From Octopus vulgaris (taxonomy: Eukaryota): a stretch of 64,000 nt of DNA. The DNA lies in contig OX597816.1 in assembly GCA_951406725.2 (NCBI GenBank), forward strand, positions 140,182,001 to 140,246,000. The letters run 5' to 3'. How positions within the stretch are numbered: position 1 is the stretch's first letter; the number at the start of each line of letters is the position of its first letter. The notes under the pieces were generated by a model, which was given only the letters and a program-made list of their open reading frames with translations, searched no databases and was not told the origin of the DNA. The translations under genes were made by a program, and so were the position numbers. Of this stretch, positions 17,012-29,526 are shown piece by piece.

Positions 17012-18131
17012 TCAGGCTGAGTAAAAAGTAAGCAACGTTTTGAAACATGAAATTCATCATAATATATTTCAACGATGCGGAAATTTTGTTCATCAAAGTG
17101 AGCACCATTACAATCAACACATTTTTGTCAACGAGTAACAAGTCTGTTTATTCCGATAACATAAAAATCTGGAGTTCTGGAGCTGATGAACTCCTTGAAA
17201 GCACTTTCGGCATCGGCTTGATTTTTGAACTCCTTCTTTCGCAGGAAACCATCAAGTTGCTTGAAAAAGTGATAGTCAGTAGGAGAAAAGTCTGGGGAAT
17301 AAGCTGGGGTGGGGAGAGAACTTCGTAGCCAAGTTCCCTCAACTTCTCGAGCATCATTAGTGAAACGCGTGGTCACCATAACCTTCTTTTTGAAGAGCTC
17401 GGGTTTAGGGGAGGTTTTCGGTGCTTCATTCTGGTCCAACAAATGCGAAGAATGTTTTTTTATTATTGTACAAAATCCAAACTACGACACCGTCGAGAAA
17501 TGGATCGGCCTGCTTACGGAGAAGAAGCAACGGGCAAATTCCATATCTGCGCATTTTCTGATTTTCATATTTTCATTCAAATCGTATGGTACCCATTTAT
17601 CGAGCTTTTTTTTTTGATTTTCTCATCGTATACAAATAGTTACAGACAGTTTTCTAGCTAACTTGAAGTTCTTTTGCTAGTTCTCGAGTGATTTTACGTG
17701 GATCTTTCTCAATGACGGTCTTTAATTGACCATCATCGATGACAGATCTTCAAGGCTCAGGTCACGATCTTCAAGGATGCGGTCTCCACTGCGAAATCGT
17801 TTAAACCATTTTTGAGCTGGCTATTCACTGGTCATTTCCTCATCAAAAGTTTCGTTGATACTGCGATCAGTTTCAGCTGCTTTACGTCCTTTTTGAAGTT
17901 GAATAGCAAAATTACTCGAATATCGCGCTTTGACAGTTCCATTTCAGACGATTGTAACAACGGCGAAACAAATTTTGATAATATCTATTTGCAGACAATT
18001 GCATCAGATAATATTTATTTTCAGACAATTACAAAAAAATAAAAAAACGTTAAAAAAAATTCAAAACTCTCCAAAAGTCCGGTACAAATTTTTCATGGTT
18101 CAACACGTTGCTTACTTTTTACTCAACCTGA
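17012..18131 (-). mobile_element. Mariner DNA transposon relic with both TIRs
   Basis: TIRs TCAGGCTGAGTAAAAAGTAAGCAACGT / ACGTTGCTTACTTTTTACTCAACCTGA flanked by TA (17010-11, 18132-33). Transposase remnants include YSPDFSPTDYHFF (mariner YSPDLAPxD motif). Confidence 0.92.
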
Positions 18132-20049
18132 TATTTTATGATTGATTTTATAGAAGACACTCTAAATAGGCTAAAAAACTGTGAACAAAAAGTTGTTGTT
18201 ATGTAATCACTTTAACTTGGTTACGTAGTCACTTTTCTAAAGCTACAAACACGGATGTACATATGCGAAAAGACAAAAAAGCGGCTTTTGTCCGTTTGAT
18301 TCATGTCTAGAACTTTCAATAAAAGAACAAAGGAATTTCATGATTTTATAGCTAAAATAAACTCTCACTGAAGTAATAGCTTTATACAGAAATGTCAATC
18401 CTAGAGAAAATAAGTTTAGTGTTATTACATGAAATACCCGTTTCATTAAAAAGAGCTGTGTAGAATAAAAGAGATGTGCTTCTGATTGTTTAAATATGTA
18501 TTTGAAAACTTGATGAGTGCTCTTTCCTGTCTGCCAAATGCTGATATCCTTAACTTTTTCTCTAATACACTACCACTAATTTCAAGTTTTCCTAAATTTT
18601 CCAATTTTTTCTTTTCTTTTCTTTTTTTAGCTTAGAATGACCTCAGACAAAAAAAATTACTAGAAAGCCCCAAAATAACTTTTTGAAATGTAATTTCACA
18701 TTTCTAAGAGAAATTGACATCAGAGTTAGTTTTACGGAAAATTTTGGCACAAGGCCAGCAAATTCGGAAGGAGAGGTTAAGTCGACTAGAGTGCTCAATC
18801 AATATTGATTTTATCGATCCCTTAAGAATGAGAGGCAAAGTTTGCCTCGGTGGAATTTGAACTCAGAGCGTAAGAACGTACGGAATGCCGTTAAGCATTT
18901 TCCGGCGCGGTAACGATTCTGCCAGCTCGTGCCGCCTTAGTTTTACGGACAATACTGATTTTACTGCCAAAGTTGACGGCCAATGGAATTCATGATATTT
19001 ATTGACTTAGTATTTTAGCCTGAAATTAGGAATTGTGTATTTGTTTATTAGTTTTTTGAAGCTGCTTGCTGATTAATTTATTTTGATAATTTCATTTATG
19101 TTTTTACTGATTCTTCTACATTTCCCTCATTATTTATTTTTTATTTTCATTATATTTTTGTTATTATTGTCAAAAAGGCGACAAGCTAGCAGATTATTGG
19201 AACATCAAATAAGGTGCTTAACAGTATTGGTTCTGGGTTTTACCATCTAAGTTCAAATCCCGCCGAAGTCCACTTTGCCTTTCATTCCCTTGGGGTGATG
19301 AAATAGAGTGCCATTCATCTTATTTGATGGGTCCTAGGATTAATCGAATGTAAGAGGTTAATCAAAGGTATTGTTTAACCCCCTACTATCGAAATTTCTG
19401 GCTTTGTGCCTAAATTAGAAACCGAAGGATCGACTGTGTGTTTCATCTTTTCGGGGGTCAATAAAATAAAGTACCAGTCAAATGGAGGCGATATAAACGA
19501 CTGTACACCTCCCCTGAAAACTGATGGCCTTGTATCAAAGTAGAAAGTTAATATTGTAGTTAGCGTATTTAGTATATTTTAGTAAGTATATTTTTGTTCG
19601 GAATTGATACTTGAAGCGTTATTTCTCCGAGACTTGCATTTTTTAACCCTTGATCTACTCTTCGTTTGCCTTTTCAATTTTCTTTCTATATTCCTTTTTA
19701 AATAATCAACAAGGCAAATTTTATCGTGTTATTTTCCTTCCACTGTGAGAGTTCATCCACTAACTATTATTGCGCTTTATTCTTTGTGTTCTAAAACCTA
19801 AAGTGTTTCGCGCATGCAACATTCTATTGCTTTGCTTACATTGGTCTGTGAGAGCTAAATATTTCTCTCTCTCTGATAGTTTCTTTTGTTTTATTTGTAA
19901 TGAATATTTTTTGAAAGTTGTTCTAATCTAGTTTCTTAGATGTTTAATGTTTTTATTGTTTGTCATAAAATTCCTTGTACCCGGGTAACTATTTGAGTTT
20001 AATCGTTGTTATATAAGATTGTTTCCTTAAAAAAGAGAACTCATGTTTC

Positions 20050-21660
20050 TTTTCTGGACCTAATGTCTGTTTAGGTAGAGTTTGGTTCTGATGAGCTAAG
20101 TAGCACAATGTCGTCTACAGATATCAGCCGAACCATGCTACTCACACCTATGGGGACATCATTTACGCAACAGTCGTGCATATCGCTCCAGTGCAAAATT
20201 ATTATGAAAAGAAGAGGTGACAGTACATATCGCTACTGAAGTTCAATATCTACATTGAAAGGTTCCGATTTAACACCATCTGTGCATTCGTACAGAGACT
20301 TCATGGCAACCAGAACTTGCCCATTAATCCAAACCCACTGCAAACTCTATACAGCATGTCCCGCAGCATGAGGTCCTATGCTTTTTCGAGGTCTATAAAA
20401 CAAGCGTGCATCTTTTGTCAATGTTCCTACGACTTCTTGAATACCTCCCACAGAATGAATATCTTGTCGGTTGTGCTGTAGCCAGGATGAAAGCCACACT
20501 GGGGTTCAACAGTCTCCCAAAAACTCTTTTCCAGACACCTATCGCAAACTACCAGGGAAGTTCAACAAGAAGATTCTTCTATAATTAAATCACTCTCTCT
20601 TGTCGTTCTTTTTAAAAATTGGGATTATATACAAGTCATCCAGAGAATACCCTCTCCATTTAAGGCTCTTACATCTGAGGCCCGAACTTCATCCCCTCCA
20701 GTGACCTTGCCACATTTGAGTGCTTTAATCGCTTGTGTTACTTCAGCCTGTGTTAGATTAGTCTTTGCCACTAGGTACACAACATGTCAACACAAGGATT
20801 TTATCGAAACTGGATGTAGGAGATCAGCAAAGTAGTCTCTTTATCTCCCAAGGATGCTCTTATCTATAGAGAGAAGAACCCTAGCTAAGTTCTAAACGGC
20901 AGGTGTAGAAGAGGGCTTGTTACAAAGCTAGAGGATGGCTAGCCAGAATGCTTTATTGGCCAATCTAAAGTTAGAGTCCATCTTAACTCCAAAGCACTCC
21001 CCTGACGTTGTAACTGTCTTTGCAGCAACTTTTCGCGTCTCAATGTAACGCCTGTGCAGAGGAGAAGACTTGTTTCCAAAACAAGCTTTTTTCTCTGCTC
21101 GGGAGGCATTTTTAACTTCCTGCTTAAACTAGAGGATTCTTTTGTCACCTGGCTCCACATCCAGTCACATACGTCCACTGCATTGTACAGCCGAAGAAAA
21201 AATCTACCGAACAAAATAATCTCCCCTACGTTTCGACATCTTCAGTGTGTTCAGGAGGGGCTCTGGATTTGGATGCAATAGCACGCACATATTTGTTTCG
21301 GTTCCTTCATCTGCCAGGACTTCTCACTTTATCCAGTTAGTCGCACAGTTTTGTGAATTCTCCTTGCTGTGAATAGTCAAAGGTTGCAGACAACTAAGTA
21401 GAAATCAGCTGATATCTTCGTCCTTCTCTTTACACAAATGTCCAGCACAGAATCTATCAGTGACCTTTGTCCCAAAGTATCACAGTGCTAGAAGAATGTG
21501 TTCATAATGGAGATCTCGTTCTCAGTAAAGGAATCTAGTAAGTCTTCTTCATTTGTATTAAGTTCAGAGTCACAATCCAATTTCCATTTCCACAATCGCT
21601 TCTTTCCACGACAGTGATAGGTGCCAGCATGTGCATTGAAGTCTCCTTGTCAGGGCAAAT
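20050..21660 (-). mobile_element. Old, degenerate APE-RT LINE (RTE-like)
   Basis: Minus-strand remnants GDFNAH (~21630-21650), EQCGF-like and CFIDLEKA(Y)D (~20375-20410); many stops. Confidence 0.6.
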
Positions 21661-22400
21661 GACTTGGTCTTAACTACATCTAAAGCTACAGTAACCTTGT
21701 TTGGCATGAATTTCGTTACTAACCGCTCCTAATACCGCAGTTGCTGGAAACTCAGTGTGCATCACTCCGAGGACAGCAGAAGGACCTGCACATAACCATC
21801 TGTCATTTTTCCGGCAAGACTTGAGGTTTTGGTCGAAGTTTTCCTCATTAAAGAACCGAAGCATGGCATGTCCACCACATCTTTAAACTTGTTAAGTAAC
21901 TACTTGGCACAGACCAAACGGCTTTCCCTGTTTCAGAAGTGAATTAACCACTCATTTGTACATATGACTCATATAACTTCTCCCCTTGCCCCACAATTCT
22001 GATAGCCCACTCCGATGCCCGAAGCTCTTTGGTGATGGCTTTCATTTATTTCCAGAATCATTAGTAATGTTTTGAACCCGTTAGATGAATTACGATGTTC
22101 CTATGAGAATATCCGAACGTTTAGAATGTTTTTTTCACTTTGATGCAGTATAAAAATTCCAGAGTTTCCAATCCCATCTGAATTTTGAGTACAAAAGAAT
22201 TTGCAACATTTAGAAAGTTGACAATTTCTAAATCGCTGTGTTCCGCGCATATGGCAACAATAACTATTGCATACTTTTTTTTATTTCTTGAGTTAGCATT
22301 TTATCTGCCATGGGGATCGGAAAGATATTAAATACTTTTTATGTGGTTTGAGAAGAGCATTATTCTGATTATCAAATATCCTCAAATACCCTTCGCACTC

Positions 22401-22403
<3 letters not shown>
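21661..22403 (-). mobile_element. Tc1/mariner-superfamily (DD37D/maT-like) transposase fragment
   Basis: RFFNEENFDQ..NDRWLC..P..V..VMHT.FPA..VLG.VS.E resembles the FSDEK..NDRWL..TKFPA.VMV.G.VS segment of DD37D-type transposases. Confidence 0.6.
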
Positions 22404-22476
<73 letters not shown>

Positions 22477-22634
22477 TGTGTGTGTATATGTTTGTGTTTG
22501 CTTGTATATGTATATATTGACAGATGGATGAATCGATCGAGCGATCAACCGATCAGTCGAGCGATGTATGTGTGTGAAAGTTTGTGCGTTCTTGTGTATG
22601 TGTGTGTATGTGTGTGTGTATGTATCTATGTATG

Positions 22635-22668
<34 letters not shown>

Positions 22669-22692
22669 TGTATGCACGCACATTGATATGTA

Positions 22693-22750
<58 letters not shown>

Positions 22751-23280
22751 TGTGTGTATATGTGTAATACATGTATTATTACTAGGTTAAGAAGTACACA
22801 CACGGTCACATATGCACACAAACATAAACACACACTCAAGCTCACGTACAAACATATGTGATTAGTATGTATTTAGCAGCTAGATTGTACTGAGTACCTT
22901 CAAATGACACTCCTCTTCTCTTAAAAGAAAATAAAGGATACATTGACCAATGTAACCCTAATATATGCAAAAAGACCGCCTCGCTATGGCTAGACACCTT
23001 TCATCGCAGGTATACACTATCTGGGGGTTGTAAAACAAAAACCTGTCCAACATGTTGCAACAGATATTACAATGCATTTCCTGAGTTAAACTGAGAGTTC
23101 CGGAATCGGTAGTATTGTAAAATTACAGCACGTGTTATATCGAGTGATGCCAACTATTGTAGAAATGAAATTTAAAAAACTGCAGTCAAACAAAGACGTA
23201 AAATGTGAATTGTAGGATGGGCAATGTGTGTGGGAGAGAAGAAATCATATGTAATTAGGAAGACACCTTTAATGTGCTAC

Positions 23281-23431
23281 GATTGGTATTGTATGAGCTA
23301 AATTTGACTTACAGTATACGCCCCACCTATCATTTCAAAATTTTTCTATATATATATATACTTCAGCCAAGAGAATTACATACGACTTTGACCAAGCCAA
23401 ATCTTCTGGAAGTATACAGAAACAAGCTAAG
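23281..23431 (+). promoter_or_regulatory. Putative promoter and non-coding first exon of tyrosinase copy 1
   Basis: Reverse CCAAT (gattgg, 23281), GC/CACCC-like gccccacc (~23320), TATA tract (23347-23360), then a perfect donor aag|gtaagt at 23431/23432. The ATG exon begins with an acceptor only 2 nt before the ATG, implying an upstream exon. Confidence 0.45.
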
Positions 23432-24408
23432 GTAAGTGTCTTCCTGTATTATGACATTTCGGTACAGCACTAATACTGAAGATCTGATTTATCAACTGTT
23501 TCCCAGTCTCATGTAAAAGACAGAACTTTTGCGACGTTTGCAATGACACTAAATGACTTGATTAGAGAGTTTACACTAAATTCCTCCATTTTTTTCTTTG
23601 GTTATCTTTACTCTAGGATCGATTAAATTGACACCTCTAATATTCTGCGATCGATTCAAACTTTGAAACCAATGCTCTTTATTCTTCTGAAGAGCGCTAG
23701 CTTAGAAAATAGAGTCAGAGAAATTACCTAATTCTCAAGAGCGAATTCAAAAATCGTAAATCGCACCGCAGCAGAGAAAACCTAAGAAAACCTGCTTAAT
23801 AACTTTGGAACATTGTTGTAAAGGTATTACATTTTGATAATGCCTATACTGCCAATAAATGCATGAAAGTTATACGATTGTATCTCCTTTCTCCCGCACT
23901 GAAAGTCTCCAGAAAAATTCAAATAAGCTTGACAAGCAAAAATATAATAGTCATACTGAATCACCGTTGAAGTCTGACAGTACGACTGAAAAGCATTTCT
24001 TCATAATTAATGTCTAAGCAGAATATTTTGAAACAATGTTTACAAGGTTAGCCCAATCTTTCACTAGGTAGAATACATATATACGCTATTTTCCCCATAG
24101 ATATATGAAATGTAAATACATAACATAAACATACGTCTCCTGAAAAGCTGTGTTATATTCGTGTCGCTGAATATAAGGTGAAATATTTATGATTAAACTT
24201 AGTCATAAGCTTGAGGACATGAAAAGCATGTATGGAAGAACAATTTTTTTTATTCTTAAATTTTTTTTTTATTTGTTCCTACATTTGAATTCTTTCGTTG
24301 TGTTTATGTGGCAACTATCAAATTGATTTGGCCTGAAAAGTAAATAAATTAATGAGTAAATGCATATTTGCAATATATAAAGTAAACTATACAGAGGTGT
24401 GTGTGTGT

Positions 24409-24491
<83 letters not shown>
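24409..24491. repeat. (GATA)n microsatellite
   Basis: Direct tract; also in copy 2 at ~57734-57817. Confidence 0.95.
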
Positions 24492-24492
<1 letters not shown>

Positions 24493-25255
24493 TTTTTCTC
24501 AAAATAACCACCAAAATTGCCAATACATTTCTGTTTCCTTGCCACAGAATAAAAAATGGACTTTTCGAAGAAATCTCAACCACATTTGCTGAAGAATTGC
24601 TCTACTAATTGCTTAAGCTCATTTTGATTTTTAAGAATATGTCCTTATAAATATTTCTTAAGATAGAAAAATATACTAAATTCGCTCAGAGTGAAATAAG
24701 GGCTCTAGGATAGATTTCAGAACGTAGCGAAACGAAGAAGCTTAAGTTGTTGAAAAACTGACAGCAGTAGTGTGTATTTTCTTGAAGATGCGAGAATAGA
24801 ATGTTATTTTCCTTCCTGATACTGCCTACCATTTGACTTTATAATCTGATAGATTTGTTAGCAAAATCCCATAAGATTAGGCCAAGGTGCTCTCCAAAAT
24901 AAAACTCAGAAAATTCTATTGATCTTTAGTGAATGGTTATATTATTGATCTTCATTGATGGCTTTTGTTCGCTAGATGATATCTTAGTTTCTGAGAAGCA
25001 AAAGTAGACTGGTGCTTTGTCATGTATTTTACCTTTTACTTGTTTCAGTCATTAGACTTCGGTCATGCTGGGAGGTTTTTTGAAGAAGTTTTTGGCTGAA
25101 TAAATTGACCCCAGTACTTAATAATATTTTCTTTTTTTGCTAAGCCTGGTGCTTATTCTACCGGCCTAGTTTGCTGAACCGCTAAGCTACGAGGATGTAA
25201 ATACAGCAACACCGATTGCCAGTGGTGGTACGGGACAAACACAGACACAAAGACA

Positions 25256-25309
<54 letters not shown>

Positions 25310-25331
25310 CATATATTCATACATATATACA

Positions 25332-25417
<86 letters not shown>

Positions 25418-25423
25418 ACATAC

Positions 25424-25683
25424 ATATAGTGTACATTTAAACACATAAGGAATCCACTCGTGGAATTCAACACGCTAGAAAGAACACCTAGGTTCTATAA
25501 CCACAAAAATTAGGTATAAAATTCGACAGGAACGAAATGAAACTTGATGGTAAGATGTTTTTATTTTTCATTTCGTTCCTGTCGAATCTTATCCCTAATT
25601 TTGTGGTTATAGAACCTATGTGTTCTTTCTAGCGTGTTGAATTCCACGAGTGGATTCCTTATGTGTTTAAACGAACACTATAT
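25424..25683. mobile_element. Foldback MITE / long hairpin (~118-bp arms, ~23-bp spacer)
   Basis: 25424-25542 is the near-perfect reverse complement of 25566-25683; TA-rich flanks. Confidence 0.8.
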
Positions 25684-26021
25684 ATTATGACTAATTCATG
25701 GTCTTTTGGGACTAAATTTTTACACGTTAGGCCACTGGAAGTGAAAATTTTAATTAATTTTCCATTTCCCTTTGATATGTTTAAGTATATATATATATAT
25801 ATATATATACATGACGGGCTTCTTCCGGGTTCCGTCTACCAAATCGTTTTACAAGGCTTTGGTCAGACACTTGGCAAGGTGCCATGCAATGGGGCTGAAC
25901 CTGGAACAATGTGGTTCGGAAGCAAGTGTCTTCTACTATAACCTCGGGACGATCAAAGCCTTGTAAGAGGATTTGGTTGACGGAAACTGAAAGAAGCCTG
26001 CCGTATATATATATATGTATA

Positions 26022-26080
<59 letters not shown>

Positions 26081-26355
26081 ATGCCTGTAAGTATGTGTGT
26101 GTGAGTGTGTGTGTTTTTGTGTGTCTTTGTCCTCCACCACCGCTTGACAGCCGGCGTTGGTGTGTTTACGTCCCCGTAACCTAGCGGTTCGGCAGAAAAT
26201 CTTTGGTGCCAGGTTAAAAAGTAAGTAGTGGGGTCGATGTCGATTCATTCGACTAAAACTCTTCAAGGCGGTGCCCAGTACGGCAGTAGTCTAATGGTTG
26301 AAACAATTAAAAGATAAAAGTTAAAGATGAAAAATACATACATACATACATACAT

Positions 26356-26760
26356 AGGCGCAGGAGTGGCTGTGTGGTAAGTAGCTTGCTAACTAACCAC
26401 ATGGTTCCGGGTTCAGTTCCACTGCGTGGCATCTTGGGCAAGTGTCTTCTGCTATAGCCCCGGGCCGACCAATGCCTTGTGAGTGGATTTGGTAGACGGA
26501 AACTGAAAGAAGCCTGTCGTATATATGTATATATATATATATGTGTGTGTGTGTGTTTGTGTGTCTGTGTCTGTCCCCCTAGCATTGCTTGACAACCGAT
26601 GCTGGTGTGTTTACGTCCCCGTCACTTAGCGGTTCGGCAAAAAGAGACCGATAGAATAAGTACTGGGCTTACAAAGAATAAGTCCCGGGGTCGATTTGCT
26701 CAACTAAAGGCGGTGCTCCAGCATGGCCGCAGTCAAATGACTGAAACAAGTAAAAGAAAA
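26356..26760 (+). mobile_element. Intact tRNA-derived SINE with LINE-like 3' tail
   Basis: Head aggcgcaggagtggctgtgtggtaag (A-box-like) and gggttcagttcc (B-box-like); internal TA/TG tract; tail ggcggtgctccagcatggccgcagtcaaatgactgaaac followed by A-rich repeats. Confidence 0.8.
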
Positions 26761-27120
26761 AGAAAGAAAAGAAAAGAAAGAAAAATACATACATACATAC
26801 ATACATACATACATACATACATACATACAACATACATACATGTCTATGACACTGAAGCCTATTATAAAGTTCATTTATTCCATATTTTATACTGATTCAA
26901 TTTATTATATTCAAGGTTACTCTTTATTATTTATCAAGAAGATAGTTTTGTTTCAAAATATCGCAGTTTTGATGTCTAACTCTCTTTTCGCTTATTAATT
27001 TAATTTTAAATTTAAAAATGAAAAAATTTTTAAATGAGGGTGAGAAATTAGATATTAATTTAATTAACATCGATTTCACACCAGTGGTCTAGCATAAAAA
27101 AATTGAAGGTTCAGTAAAAT

Positions 27121-27164
<44 letters not shown>

Positions 27165-28380
27165 TAGTGGTTTCCCTCTAATATATATATATAATACAAT
27201 TTTACTGAACCTTCTCTTTTCGCTTATATACATGTTTATGTATGTGATTTATGTGAAAAGACATAAATATTCGTCCATCGATAAATCTTCTATCATACTA
27301 GATGAACGTAAAACTGCACTTTTGCAAAATTCGTATCATTTAAAATAAAATGCTATTTAGATACTAAGTAACGAGGATGGTAATGTAATATACTTTATAC
27401 TTTGAAAGATTACATTCTACATTGAAACTGCCTTTCTTCAAATTCACTTACGAGGCACATGTATTCAGTCCCATCATACAAGGTGCAAATTTTTACGTGC
27501 CTTAAACTGAGTACACGTGTGTTACCTATATTTCGGAATGTGTGATTGTGAACATTTTTTTTTATATACATATAAACATTTTGATGCTCGACATTTCATT
27601 TCTTCTTTACAATTCTTTTACTCGGCAGTGCAAAAAAAAAAAATCAACACACCGCAAAAAAAACAAAAACTCAAAATTTCCCAGTTCGCATCATCGAGCG
27701 AAATCACATTCACAAACCAGTCCTCACAAACCAATCCTCATAATGAAACAAAAATACTCACAATGAAAAGATCCCCTTTCCCCCACCTTACAAGTTAGAA
27801 ATATATACTGCTGCTCATAAGACCTCCATAAAACGTATGAAGTATAATTTTCAGCTGAGTGGAATCACGATATATCTGGAAAAACTCTCCAATAGTATCA
27901 CTGACTATTCATGTGTCATAGGTTTCATCTATCTTCCACATAACTATTGCAGCTATTTTAATAGCGAATCCTTGTCTACAAAGTTCTGTTATCTATTCTT
28001 TTCTCCATAATTGTGAGAATTGTAAAGCTAATATTTAACATTTCACTTGTAATTTTCTTATTTTCATTGTCTTTGGTGCATGTCATTGAAACGATTGAGA
28101 AAAAAGATTGTCGAAAATCGATAGTTATTATCACCGACAGTATTGTGTGTCTGTGACCCAACCATTGTAATTACATCAACCCCGTACACCTTGACATAAT
28201 CAGGTAGAGTGAGTATATAATTCACAATGCATTGATGTCGTTAATGATTGTTCGGTTGCGTGTGCCAAATCTACCATAGCATAACTGATCTTGTTTTATC
28301 ATTTCTTTTATCCTGATGTATTTTTTTTTAAATTGTCAACACATGATGTTTTCCATTTTTTTTTTTTTCATTTTCCAGAA

Positions 28381-28704
28381 ATGAATCGTCTCTACTTTGC
28401 TTTCGTCATATTGCTGAGTTTTGTTTATGTGAGTTCATATATTCAAGAAGACATTGAGCAATGCTATCGTCAACTGGGCTCTACTACAAGCGATGCTGAC
28501 ACCCAGTTGCAGTTCTGTATAGAGCAGGTACAAATGAACTGCTCTTCCTTTAAGTGGAGCCCAATGAATGTTGTTTATGAATCACCGAAACAATCAGGAG
28601 CAAATAATTTGATTATACCTCGAACGAGGAAGGAATATAGATTGCTTAGTAACCAAGAAAGATACGATTTCCTTCGTAGCTTATATCTTTTAAAGCAAGA
28701 TACG
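28381..28704 (+). CDS. Tyrosinase-like gene copy 1, coding exon 1 (signal peptide and N-terminal region, 108 aa)
   Basis: Acceptor ttttccag|aaATG; hydrophobic signal MNRLYFAFVILLSFVYVSS; RTRKEYRLLS..ER..F..L..LK motif typical of tyrosinase domain starts; donor acg|gtaaga, phase 0. Confidence 0.88.
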
Positions 28705-28740
28705 GTAAGAATGATTTATTATTTCTATATAAACATATAC

Positions 28741-28945
28741 GGAGAGCTGGCAGAATCGTTAGCACGCCTGGCAAAATGCTTAGCGGCATTTCGTCCGCCA
28801 TTACGTTCTGTGTTCAAATTCCACCGTGGTCGACTTTACCTTTCATCCTTTCGGAGTCGATGAAATAAGTACCAGTTACGAACTGGGGTCGATGTAATCG
28901 ACTAGCTTCCTCCCCCAATATTTCAAGCCTTATGTCTATAGGAGA
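28741..28945 (+). mobile_element. tRNA-derived SINE in tyrosinase intron
   Basis: gagctggcagaatcgttagc..gttcaaattcc..ggtcgacttt.cctttcatcctttcgg.gtcgat..aagtaccag; same family as 3867 and 33063. Confidence 0.75.
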
Positions 28946-29495
28946 ATGAATTATTTCTATACAAACAACTATCAAGGAGACACTTGTTAATATTATTTCA
29001 GATAAACTTATATACTTACACAATACTATTGGTTACAGTGTTTACAACAAGGGTCATGAAATTCTTTTTATGATAGCCCACTTTTAAGTTTTCTCCACAT
29101 TTTCACATGGCACCACATATGTATATGTCATACATACATAAAAATATGCTCATGAGTTCCCAACCATATCCATTGCTAGTAATGTTTAAATAAGCAAAAG
29201 TTAAAGTAATCGGCAGGCAAAAAGATATCAACCAACTGTTCAATGGTCCACAGAGAACATGCCAGGAAACACCTGTGTGTGTGTATACGAGTCTGTGTGT
29301 GTGTGTGTGTGCGTGTTGTGTATGTGTTTGAGTGTGTGTGTGTGTGTGCGTGTGTGTGTGTGAGTGTGTGTGCGCGCTATGCATATATACATACATTCAT
29401 TCATACATACATACATACATACATACATACATACATACATGCCTACATGCATACATACATACATACATACATACATACATACATACATACATACA

Positions 29496-29526
<31 letters not shown>

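Noticed and set aside
28291-28380. N-terminal extension of ORF 28291-28863 (also 61679) and its tail after 28704
   Set aside because: Starts at a TTG inside the polypyrimidine tract; the tail runs through a donor site into a SINE.
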